Position numbers and translations under genes: made by a program
Shown: positions 1 to 12,001 of the stretch, piece after piece
Position numbering within the stretch: the stretch's first letter is position 1
How the letters are laid out: each line of letters opens with the position of its first letter
NCBI GenBank assembly: GCA_002189035.1
Contig: NEEC01000018.1
Coordinates: 1,240,001 to 1,304,000 of the forward strand
DNA from: Utricularia gibba
Taxonomy: Eukaryota; Plantae; Magnoliophyta
Direction: 5' to 3'
Length of the DNA stretch: 64,000 nucleotides
Notes under the pieces: generated by a model
Told to the model about the DNA's origin: nothing
Database searches by the model: none
Seen by the model: the letters and a program-made list of their open reading frames with translations, nothing else

Positions 1-695
1 GATGCAAAAAGAACTCCAGAGTTTCATATAATCCACAACCGTCTCCATCAGCACACAAAGAAGCCGCATTTTTTTCAGCAGTACAATTCACACCAGCCCA
101 CTTTAATTCCGGAAACTTACATCAACAACTCCTGCAATCCCCGTTTCACTACACATAATTGATGGATCCAATTCTCCGAATTCCAAAACGGCTTACTGTA
201 TTGGGAGCATTGAACGGATAGCTCCATTGATGCATGCGATCATCCCAATCGGTGTCGATGAAGAATCAAAACCAAGGGATTGGTAAAATCCCAGCCACTG
301 AAGAATTGGTTTTCGGGGTTTTAATTAATTTAATATATTCAATTTACAACCAATTTTATAAAAAAATCTCTTCCGTGGTAAATCAAAAATTGACTTTTAT
401 ATGTTTATTTTAAATAATAACATGAAACTATTTTTTAAATGAAAATTTATATCGGAGTATTTTTTCAATGAACGTCTCATTAAAAAAAAAAACTTTATAA
501 TAGACAAGTTTTGATACAAACTATTTAGATTTCATAAAATAGATCATTAAAATACAATCTTAATTTTAGAATCAAAATAGATTTTCATTAAATAATACCA
601 TTTTATATAAAAAAAATACCAAAATCATATGTCAAATACATTTTTAAAATTTAAAACTCATATTTAATTTTAAATCACAAGTTTTACTTATTTTT

Positions 696-1406
696 ATTTT
701 ACAGTCAAACACTTTAATTTATGCAAAATACAGTCAATAAGTTTATCAATAAATTTAATTTATGCCAGGTTAAAAACTATTTTAAAAATTTTAAAAATTT
801 GAGATAAATATTTTTAAAGAGAATTAAAATTTAATATACATTTTTAAAAAATATTGTAAATTTTTAAAAAATTATTCAAAAAATACTAAAAAATTATGAA
901 AAATTATTACACTTTTTTCTAGTTTCATTTCTTATAATTTTCTACAAAATGGTATTATAGAAATAATATCTATACACAAAATTTCCTTTATCTTTTCATA
1001 TTTCAATTTTAATCAAAGACATTTATGTAAATTCAATTATCAAAATGAAATCATTGTTAGTATGTGTGATACAGTTGGTGTAATCGAAAAAAACATACAA
1101 GGATGACATAGTACTTTGAAGAAATGATAAGAAAGCATTATTTATGTTCATGAATTACTATTAAGATGTTTTAATATCAAAAAAAATTGGATAATGGAAG
1201 TATCATAGAAGAAATATTAAAAATTGAGAAAAATAATTTTAAAAAATTTAAAATATTTTAAAAAATATATATTGAATTTTAGCTCTATTTAAAAATATAT
1301 ATATCTCAAATTTTAAAATATTTTTTGACCGAAATGGCATAAATTGAATTTATTTGTAAATTTGTTGACTGAATTTTAAACAATTTAAAGTATTTGACTG
1401 TAAAAT
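696..1406. mobile_element. Non-autonomous Mutator-like foldback element with ~180-bp imperfect terminal inverted repeats
   Basis: 696-~875 (attttacagtcaaacactttaa...atttatgcca...aaaatttgagata...) is the imperfect reverse complement of ~1235-1406 (...tatctcaaatttt...tggcataaatt...tatttgactgtaaaat). The interior is AT-rich with no ORF. A TSD was not resolved. Confidence 0.6.
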
Positions 1407-4400
1407 GAAAATGATTGAAAAATTATAACTTAAAAAATGATTTTTACTTAAATTCTATTTTATAATCTCCATTCCATGAAGCCCAAATCTGTTTTGGATC
1501 AAGACTACTCCAAGTAAATCGGATCCGGGCCGGCCCCATGATTCAAACTCTCACAAGAATTTCATGGGGAATAAGTCAATGCTATTTGACTGTTATTTGC
1601 AAATATGACCATTTTTCATTATTTATCACATTCATAAAAAAAAAATTAATTTTATCACACATTGAAAAGAGAATGACCATATTTACAATATATCCACTAT
1701 TTGACGATGGTGTGATTCTTTAAACATTATTTTTTGAGTAGTGTTTTATTTTTTATAAAATACTTTTAATTGCTATTTCTTAGAAAATTAAAAGTGTTAA
1801 TATTTTATAATAAAATTATTTATAAAATATTTTTTTATAAAAAGATGATACATTTTTAACAATTTTTTAAATGAAAAGGTTATATTATAATATATATTTT
1901 TGATTTAGTGGTTCAAAGTCTTTGGAACCAAATTTGAAGGCTTTTCAGATGAGCTCCACCATCTTTTCTTTATTGCAGTCGAGTCCAGTCAAAAGACAAC
2001 TACAATCCCAGTCCCATTATCCATCAAACCAATAGGGACCACAATGAAAAAAACCATAAGATTGGGGGTCTTTTTTGCATTTTCACCTTCTCTTCCAAAC
2101 CCTCATTCAATGCCCCATCTATGGGTACCAGTGTTTTGAACATAGCCTCCCCCTTTTTCTTCAAAATAATAATAATAACATTTTCATTAATTTTAAAATA
2201 ATAATAATAATAATAATAACATTTCCTTCTCCCTAAACCTCAGCTACATGCCCACACTGAAATGATAAGCTTTTTTTAAAAAAAATAAATTAAACTAGCG
2301 AATAATAAGTAAAAAAATTATACATTTTTTTATTTAATCCAGGAATTGGGAAGGAAGTGAATGTGGATGTATTTTTGTCCATTTAATTAAAAGAAACAAA
2401 TATCTGAGTCACGCGAGTGTCGTGCGATCCAGTGCTTTTATCAGTTTCAGATCCTCGGGCTGGCCCACCCTCACCAGCTAACTGGACCTTGGGCCCAACT
2501 GCGTAAACACACTGGTCCCACATATTTATTATTTTACACTATTATCGATTTTATCAATTTATTTACTCCGCGATTCAAATATTCTAATTACCATTTATTA
2601 TTTTTTTAAATTCATCCCATGTGGTATTTAATAGGGCAAGCAAAGCAAGCATTGTAGCATTAGTCATTTCACGCTTGGGAATGCCCACGTGTCAGCTATC
2701 TATAGGCTGGTTGGGAGTAATGTGAAACGTGATTCAAATTTTAATACACAGGGGTGAGGATGTAATTTCACACTCGCATTTCCTTATTTTTTGTGAATTC
2801 GTCGTCTGTTCTGCGCGCTGCCGACCAGCTTTACAGCTGGAACCAGAGCAAGGGATGAAACCGGTATTTGCTTATTATTATTATTATTTATATAGAAAAA
2901 TACAAATAAATAAAATGCGTGTTCCTACCGAGGAAGCACACAACAGGCATCGTATTGGTACAGTTATTTTGGATGTGTGCCGCTCCCTTCCTCTGCCTTT
3001 GAAATTTTAATATTATTTTATTCATAAACAAACAGCCACGAGACAACGAAGTAAAAGTGTGTTTCATAGCAACACAAAAAATCTGATTTTTAAATATAAG
3101 AAATTGTTTTTTGGTAAATAACACATATTAATAAATAAAGATATGTGAAAAATATTAATAAATTTTTTATTTAAGATTTTATTTATATTAAAACAAAAAT
3201 TTATGTATGACATGGATTTAAATATATCATAAGTAACGACATGTAAATGATTAATTATTAGTATTTTAATAATATTACATATAAATTTTTCTATGAAACA
3301 TGTGATGAATAATCCTTATTAAATGACACTACATACAAAAAAAAATACACCTACATATTTTTTAAATAACTCGCGTTAATATTAAATATACTTATATAAT
3401 TTATACTTATAAAATATAATATATACCTATATATATTATTTGATTTGTAAATATTGGGAATCCAATTTATAATTATATCATATGTTTAATATTTAATAAC
3501 AAATTTTGTTATGCTTTGTGGTAATGATTTAAGGAGCCTTTGATATGGTAATTTCAATAATGATTTACTCCAATTATTTTATTTTTAAATAAATAATATT
3601 TATATAATTAGAATTGAAAATATGTTTAGTAAATTTATGTTTAATAAAATGAAAACAAATTGTGTTCAATTTTGGAAACATACTTAGGTGAAGCATTTTG
3701 AAAAATATGATTGCAGAGGTTATGTAAGTATTTCATAAATTACATGTATATCAAAACAAACATTCACCATGATTATGATATTCTCATTAGTATTTAAATT
3801 GAGAAAAAAAACCGTGAATGGTTTTTACAAATGGTTTGCAATTTGAGCAATTTTTACAACAATTTAAATTGTATTGATATAAATATTTTTTAATATTGTT
3901 GTAATGAAAGAAAAAATACCAAATCATAGTTGAAACGTGATTGGATAGTGATTTATTTTATGTATTTTAAAATAATTCAAATTTAATTTGATCGTTATAT
4001 TGAACGATTTATGATTTAGAATAATTTAAGCACCATTTTTAAAACACTGATTTCCCTTTCTTTTCTTATTACATGGGCATTTATATTTCGAATTTTGACA
4101 TGTGAAGAATTAGAATATTCGGCGTACTTTTTATTTACACAAAAAGAATTAATTAAATAAAAGACATGGCTTTGAATTCTGACAATTCAACGATAGCCCT
4201 AGACCGGGCATCCCGGCACCAGCAACGCAAGGATTTTGTTTTTGTTCCTTGGTTTGTCAAGGAGATTGTCGTTGGTTGTTCCATTCCAGCGGGTGTGGAG
4301 TGATCAACAGGGAGTATTGATGATGATCGTTTGGAATGGAAACGGATTAAACTGATCCGAGTGTTGAATTTCATTTCATTTGGGGGGTGTGTTTTCTTTT

Positions 4401-4643
4401 GGATGAAAGAGACAAAAGATTGATTGCTGCAGTGGGTGAATTCTTAGCATAGAAGTAGGAAAAAAGGCAAAGAAAGACAATTTTTTTTTCGTTTTCTGCA
4501 GACATTCATTCTTCTTCTTCTTGCTCTGCTGTCTTTACCCCCCTCCGTTACTGCAGCGACGGCAGCAGGTAGGTTATGTTATGATATATTATTTATGAAG
4601 GAAAGGGAAAGGAGGGGGTGCGGAGATCGTTTGAGATTTGGTC

Positions 4644-5961
4644 TTAATGTGGCAGCTGATCAATGGATTGAATGATGCAGGAGGATTCAGATGAATCGAT
4701 TGAGTGATCCCTTGTGCAAACTTGAGAGATGCGTTTTATGCGTTTCCGTGGCCGGCAGCTGTTCGATGATTTGTCTGAAAGAAGCTGATAGTATTTGTGC
4801 ACTTCTTCCTATTGAGGAGACAGACAGAAAGAAAACAGGGGACGCTGTTAATGGAAACAGCATTTATGGAGATTGATTCGAGAGAACAATAAAGAGTGGG
4901 GGTGTGTGTGTTTGTGACCACCAGAATAAATGAATATGTACCAAACCTTGCTGATCTTCATCATGGAAAGAAGCTGAGATTCGTAGTCAACTCCGGTGGT
5001 TTCGTGGACAATGTGAAGAATGGTGGCGGCGGCCATTACGGAAGGTGGACATTGCCGGAATCTTGAATCTGTTAGACGAAAAAATGGCCGGATCTAAGAT
5101 GTGGGTGATGAGGATGGGGTTTTTTTTGAAAAATACCCACTGTGTTTTGACTGTGTTAGAAATCTACCCACCCTTAGTGTATTTTTTTGTGCTTACTGTG
5201 ATGATGGTCTGAAGTTCAAAAAAGAAAAAAACGCACCTGGAAGGATGAAAAGGAGGAGATTTTCGCAGTGTCTGAGGAACTCCAAATGGAGATTGCTCTT
5301 TCTCTTATACCCAAGCCTTGTGATAATGTGATCAAGAAATGACATAGGAGTCACAGGATTCATTCTCCAGTTGAGAGAAGAAAGCACCAAAAGCTCCATT
5401 CTTTGAATGGTTCTAGCTTCAAACAAGTACTTTGCACCTTCCACCTATCAGCAAAGCAAAGGGTAACAACAGTTTCAGCTTTCAGTTCATTCCCACGAAG
5501 CAACAAAAGGGATGTACGTGAATGTGAATGAGAAGAAAAAAGGTCACGACTTGAAGGTCTAAAAGCAGAGGCGCGTATGTTTCTTCAACTTTGGCAGCAA
5601 GAGAGAGACAAGCAGTAGCAGCAAGCTGCATCATCCATGGCCTATCTCTTTGAAAACTGGTACTCGAAAGGAATCTGTCCAGGTAATTCACAGCAAGAAT
5701 GGATGTCAAAGGTGTGAAGCCATAGTGAAGGTTCATCTTCAGAACCCACTCCACGGCTTCTGTCCTAGCCTCCTCCTCCCCTGTTTCTTGCCGTTGAGTG
5801 ACGAAAAAAGTTTCCTTCTCTCTGGATATAAGGGATTCCAGGTCTTCATCATGCTGGTCTGGGGATGCAGCTCCAGAGTGATCCTCATTCAAGATGATTC
5901 CTTCGCCACTCTCTTCTTCTTCATCGCAGTAAAGGGAATCATACTCCAGAAACGACTCCAT
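4644..5961 (-). CDS. CYCD3: D3-type cyclin, 4 exons (5961-5552, 5444-5237, 5068-4947, 4808-4644)
   Basis: N-terminal LxCxE motif (LYCDE). Cyclin box EAVEWVLK...AVNYLDRF...[20 protein letters not shown], then LLLDLQ|[26 protein letters not shown] junctions keep the frame. ATG at 5961; the ORF-track start at 6066 is GTG. Confidence 0.93.
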
Positions 5962-7167
5962 CTGCTTCTGATGAAAGGAGGGGTGTTGCTTCTCTCGCTC
6001 ATCATACGACAGAACAAGAAGAGGGATCAACGAAGAGCAGGCCCGCAGGAACCATAGTTTGCTCACTTTTGCTTGAAAGCCTTAGCTGGTTTTTCTGTGT
6101 GTTTCGAGGTGGGGAGTGAGGAGACACGACCCGTTTGGCTTCAGAAGAAAAAACAGAGAGATAAAAGGAAGAGGGATTTGGAGCAGAGTCGTTGTCACGC
6201 TTTGTCTTTTCTTGGAGCACACAACCCCAGCCTCCTCCTCTTCCTACTTCTACTATTAACCTTGCTGCTGCTTTTCTTTTCCCTGGAAACCATTTGATTA
6301 TATAATAGTATCTGGTATGGGGCAGCCTGATCAATGGACTCATGAGTAGCTCTTGTTACGTTTCTTTGGAATTGGAAACCACGGCACACAGCTCCAAACA
6401 AAAAACGTTACTCCCAAAGAGACAACTCAGTCGCCCATCACTCATTGCACCTGCACCATGCCCAAATCCACCTTTCTTCCCCCTTACAACGCAATGCTTT
6501 CACCCAACTGAAATCCAACACCCCCTCCGCTCCATATGGAGAAAATGGAAGTCTCTGGAAGACTGGAACATAGGGATCCATTTGCAAACGGCAGTCCATT
6601 ATATAATCTATATAAAGAATTTAAACTCTAAGTTTTCAATTATATTGTAGATCTATTAAATTGTTTTTTTGTAAATCGTTTGTACCTAAATTTATGAAAT
6701 TATATGCTTAATCCATAATGTTATCAAAACTAATTAGTTTTGTTATCTTAACATGTACATCATATGAGACATAATATAATAATCGTCATTTTAAATCATA
6801 TGACATACAAATACAATATAATACTAATAGATGTATTATTTGATTCACCCAACTTCATATACAAGTACGAAAAACATTAATATGAAATTTTATTAGGTTT
6901 AAAATCAGAATAGATTCAATTTTAAATATTTTAAAAATCATTTGTGTCTTATTTGCATGATTTTGATAAATTGAAATATATTTTTCATAATTTTCAAATT
7001 TTCAAATTATACTTTTTATACTCAAATAAACTTATGTATTGTTTGTGCAATTTTCTTCATTTTTTTTTTATTAAAGAGAGCCTCCGAAGGTTCCACTGTT
7101 GTCTGCAATTCTTAGAAGTTGGTCATAAAAGCAGGCATTTTACACATTTACTGCTCCGCTGAAACCA

Positions 7168-7540
7168 TTAGTGGGTGAGCGTTTGAGGAGGATTCAGCGC
7201 GACACCGACGCCTAAAGAAGCAAACCAGGAGCGGATGGACAGTGAGTGAATGAAGAAGATGAAATCAGATGGTTGGTTGCATCATAAATCACCAACTTGT
7301 GTGAACTCACTCACCCGCTGGCTCAGCCTCATTCAATTCATCCATCCATATCCGCGGAGTGCAGTCGTCATCAATGCCCAGCCCCCATTCCCATGTCTTT
7401 TGTTCCTTTGCTGCTGCTGTGATCCCATCAGGACTTGAAGGAAGATTCACATGGTCTGGCATCGCATGCGCAGCTGGGGAGATAAGGGAAGGTCCCTTCC
7501 ATGCCATGCCCCTCTTCAAGGTGCGGGAAGCCATCTGCAT
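7168..7540 (-). other. Candidate two-exon orphan ORF (~89 aa) or spliced lncRNA
   Basis: ATG ORF 7540-7315, strong donor GTGAGT at 7314, pyrimidine-rich acceptor tttgcttctttag ending 7212 (103-nt intron), and an in-frame second exon ending TAA at 7168. No family recognised. Confidence 0.3.
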
Positions 7541-7690
7541 TCAGTCTTCGAGACGCCCAGAGCGCGCAGGGCTGCCTTCCTGATACCTTCCATTCACAGA
7601 GCGAGTTTACTGGTTATCGAACTGCACATTGGGTTGTTAATGTCGAAATTAAGTATTCCATTGATGGAGTAAACATATGTTAAACCTAAT

Positions 7691-7918
7691 CAGTGTTTTG
7701 GAAAATTTTCAAAATTTATTTTTGTTTTTCAGAAGTAAAAATAGTTTTATTCTATAATAATTTTAATTGTAAAAGTAATTCTATCAAAAAGATTTTTAAA
7801 ATTATAATTACAAATTTATTTTTAGAAAATTAAGAAATTAGTTATTTTTAGTTTTTTCTATTTTTCAAAATTATTTTTAAAAAATAAAAATAGGTTTCAA
7901 AAATTTTTCATAACGTTG
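7691..7918. mobile_element. MITE-like element, family A copy 1
   Basis: Imperfect TIRs (cagtgttttggaaaattttc ... gtttcaaaaatttttcataacgttg). Core aaaagtaattctatcaaaa is shared with 22667-22898 and 26905-27127. Confidence 0.65.
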
Positions 7919-10066
7919 TTTCAATTAAATATGAAATGTAGAAAAATATGAAATATAATAGATTACTAATAATTTATAATTTTTTAGATACTTGAATATT
8001 TCATTTTTATTTTTTAATATAAAATTGTTTGTTATGATAGTTAGTCAGTCATTTAGAATAAGCTAAATGAAGTGGAGAACATACTCTTAAAGCAACTATA
8101 AATTCGTCTTTACAACTTGGTAATTTTACTTGTGTTCTGACCATGATGATTATGAAATCATTACATCGAAAAATTGCCCTCAATGGCATCATTTGTCACT
8201 CCACTCCAAATGCAAGATATGATTCATACATGTGCAAAATTCATGAAATCTTAGTTGACTCAGTCAAACAAGTACTACATATGGATTCTAGATCTTTGAG
8301 AAGCAACATGAATCTTAGATTGATATTTTTTAGACGTGGTAGGGAAACTCATATAAGTTAGTATAATATTATAATATAAATATATTTTTAAAGTAGAAAA
8401 AAATATTATAATTTTTTAATTAATTTCTCATTTAATGATGAAATATAGATATAAGAAAATTCAATAATTTTTGAGTTTAATTATAAAATCTGAATTTTTT
8501 ATTTTAATATAACACAAATAAAGATTATAATCTTTAAAAATTAAACAAAATCATTTTATAAAATTATGTTTACATAACAGCCCCTAGGTTTAAGTTTCTA
8601 AATCATCATGAAAAGCAAATCTTAAGCTTCTTGGTTGCATCTTGATTTATCTTATGTTGTGCAAATGTTGAATCTAGCAAATGAAATTCTCAAGTTATTG
8701 AAAGTCCACCCAACATGCACATTCTATTTAAAGAGGACATTGTATTTGAGTTCATTGTATTCCACAGATGTGAAACTTACCATGACATGCTTTTGCAATT
8801 CAAATTGCACAACACTTCTAACATCTAGAATGTCTTTAATTGACTAAGCTGTTTTCTTGGCTAATTCCTTGATATCTTGGAAGATTAAAAAACAACTGCA
8901 CCAACTTTATCCACTGAAGCATAATATTGTCCCATTGCATCCTATCAAGTGTGGTTTTGGTATTAGGACTGCTTCATAAACACATTGAGTTGGATTATCT
9001 GGTAATCTATAGGCATGTGAAGACAAGTGCAGTTTCCCTTCATTATCTTCCTTCTCAGAACAAGTAGGAAACTTCTAAGGCACTAGCTTTTTTGCCCACA
9101 AGGTGTGAGTGGGCCTTGTTGGCCTTTTCTCTTGTGTTGTATGAGTTGAAATGGTTCTATGCTGTTTTGTGCTTCAGTTGATCTCCCACTTTGCCCACAG
9201 ATGAGGTTTGCTGACATGGGAATCCACTGTGTTCTTTAATTTGCACCCAGCAACTGATAACTTCACTGTGAAAGATCCATCCCATACAAAATAAGCTCTA
9301 AACAATAGAAAGTAGCAGACTACATACACACATGTGACCTCAAGAAGATGACCCTCGAAGCCCCAGCAGGCCAGCACCGATTGGGTTTAGATGAAGAAAA
9401 TGGAGCTCGCAGAAACTGAATTCGGGAGATTAAGGAATACTTCTTTTTCAATCAAAACGCCATCTTTGGAGACAACTGCAATGCTGAAGCTGAAACTGAA
9501 TTCTGGGGGCGTCAAAGAACGAATTTTTCAGAAAGGAGCGCAATCCCCGAATCTGAATAGAAGCGCAAAAGCTTCGTTGCAGCTGAATGGTGGTGTGGCC
9601 GCGCCGTTCTTCAATTCTTTTCATCAGATTCTGTGTACTGAAGTACATTGCAATGGCTTTCGCTGATCGAGAGCCAAATCCAGATCGGATTTTCGCGCAC
9701 ACGGACTGCACCTTGGGATTGATTGATCAATGGGGATCACGGAATTTGGGAAGTATGGTTCAAATGCAGAACGAAATTGGGCATGGGATGCGGAACTAGC
9801 ATTGAAGTTGCAGAGAGTTTCTACATGGGAGAATCACAGCATTCCTACACACACATCGCCAGAAACTACAGGGAATATAGAAAACATACAGAATAACACA
9901 GAGCAACGGATTCAAATGGAAATGGATGCAGAATATAGTCTGATGCAGCGACTGTTTTAACCCAAAAAAACTTCAAATGACTAGCAGCAATTCAAGTCTC
10001 ACGCACTGGCCCAAACACGTCATTCATTGTAATAGCAAGGATTGAAAAGAAACGAGTACCCAGAAC

Positions 10067-10498
10067 TCAACGGTAGGACTTCTGGAACCTAGCACGAGCG
10101 CCGCGTCCACCGAACTTCTTCGGCTCGCAGCGGCGAGGATCGGCCACCAGAAGAGTCCTATCATACCTCACAAGAATGTCCTTGATCTCCTTCTTCGACT
10201 GCTCATCGACGTACTTCTGGTAGAAGGCGACGAGAGCCTTGGCGATGGACTGTCGGATGGCGTAGATCTGAGAAGTGTGACCACCGCCCTTGACGCGGAT
10301 TCTCATGTCCACACCGGCAAAGCGGTGACGGCCGAGGAGGAGGATGGGCTCGAATGCCTTGTAGCGGAGAATTTCAGGCTGGACGAGCTCGATTGGGACG
10401 CCGTTGACCTTAATCAATCCGCGCCCGCGCTTACAGTGAGTGACGGCAACCGCCGTCTTCTTCCTCCCAAAGCATTGAACGGAATCAGTCGCCGCCAT
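10067..10498 (-). CDS. RPS16: Cytosolic 40S ribosomal protein S16 (uS9), intronless, 143 aa
   Basis: [33 protein letters not shown]...[29 protein letters not shown]...[20 protein letters not shown] at 10498. Confidence 0.98.
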   Translation of the reverse strand: MAATDSVQCFGRKKTAVAVTHCKRGRGLIKVNGVPIELVQPEILRYKAFEPILLLGRHRFAGVDMRIRVKGGGHTSQIYAIRQSIAKALVAFYQKYVDEQSKKEIKDILVRYDRTLLVADPRRCEPKKFGGRGARARFQKSYR

Positions 10499-10568
10499 CG
10501 TTACTACTTTCCTGTGTCCCCGCCGATAGATGAAAAAAATTGAGTCCGCAGCGTATTTAATTGAGGAA

Positions 10569-10688
10569 TTAGGGTTTCCAATTTTGGGTTTCAAAAAAGC
10601 TTACCCAGCCCAGAAGACGAATTACCATTACACCCCAATCGGCATTCATGGGCCTTTTTCCCGTCGCACCATCATGGGCCCTGGCCCA
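10569..10688 (-). promoter_or_regulatory. Telo-box plus three site II motifs in the RPS16 promoter
   Basis: ttagggttt (AAACCCTAA on minus) at 10569-10577. TGGGCC at 10649 and 10675, GGCCCA at 10683. This pairing is typical of plant ribosomal-protein promoters. Confidence 0.75.
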
Positions 10689-12001
10689 TGAACTCACACT
10701 TAAATTATGAGGACTTTTTATCCGTATAACAAGGGTGCTACTCTAAACTACTATTTGTTATTCAGAATATTTATCCATAATTTAGTGTGATTACATCATT
10801 AGAGTCATTAATTTTCGTAATAATTAATATTTTTCCAAATTCGATTTTAATCTTTATATCTTATAATCTTGCGAATATATTAGATCAAATATTAGTCGAC
10901 AACGATATCTGTTTAAAACTTTACCTTTATTTATTTGAGTCCAATCCTAAATTCTCTCATACGCGTTTAGGGTTTAGTGATAATTAGGATTATGTTAAAA
11001 ATGAAGCCATTGCACAAAACCAAAACAAAATTCTAAATTAAATGTTAAATAATATAGTAAACCATGACTTCATCTAACATTCATAACCAATAGGTGCTAA
11101 AAGACATATATTATATTTTAAAATATAAAAAAGCAAAAATATAAAAAGAATGGAATAAAGTTGACAAAAAATGAAAATTTAAATTTGTATTGGCCTTAAT
11201 TGATGAATTTAAATCAGATATTTTATCTAAATGTTTAAATATTTTATTCATATCTTCATATGAACTTATAATCTTAGATTAAGTCTTTATTATTTATGCA
11301 ACTCGGGACTTCGCTTGAACTGAAATTTGTGCACTTTTAAATGCATAAGTTGTTGGGTCTTTATTTATTTTCTTATTCCAAAAATATTTTAATAATATAT
11401 AAACTATACTTTATATCTAAAATGAACAAATTAATATAAAACATACAAAATTAAATAAATTAATACAAAATTGAAATATAAAATCGGTAAAAATAACTTT
11501 AAATAATTACGAAATGTTTTGAAATAATACACAACTGATTATCAATGATGTTAGTGAATTATTTGGGGGAATATTGGAGTTCAATGAGAGGTGGTAAAAA
11601 CAATTTAAAATTTTAAAGCTCGATTTTGGAATGGCAAAAATTAGCAATTCAAAATGAACTCAAAATTGATTTAATTTGAAAATTATTAACAAACACCCAT
11701 GTTAAATAAAATATATTTAAAATTGGATCAAACAACCCATAATTAAAGAATATTATGTCATGCACAAGACGTTTACACACACACAAGCAATCCAACTTCG
11801 ATAATATCTCATAATTAGTTAATTAATGGAAATAAAAAGGTATTTTTTTATTCGCATGAAATGTTTTTGTACCACCAGTAAAATACAATACGTACAGTTA
11901 CGAATGAAGAAGCTCTCTTTCTTTCTTTTTTGTCCTAAAGAATGGGAAACTTTGGACATCGAAAAAAAAGGGTAAAAATTGACGATTAAATGGGGAAATT
12001 G

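Noticed and set aside
117-227. Minus-strand 36-aa ORF (MELSVQCSQY...) ending at a GTAAGT donor; possible first exon of a gene leaving the window
   Set aside because: No recognisable homology, and the rest lies outside the window.
6443-6457. miR530-like stretch cattgcacctgcacc
   Set aside because: Partial match only, with no complementary star arm nearby.
8575-8585. Possible PPT plus LTR start (aggggc-TGTTA on minus)
   Set aside because: No RT, RNase H or integrase remnant upstream and no second LTR.
9528-9626. C/D-box snoRNA candidate (TGATGA...CTGA on minus)
   Set aside because: No terminal stem and no rRNA-complementary guide that I could match.
10499-10594. N-terminal extension of RPS16 in the ORF track
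   Set aside because: It begins at a non-ATG codon and covers the telo-box-containing leader.
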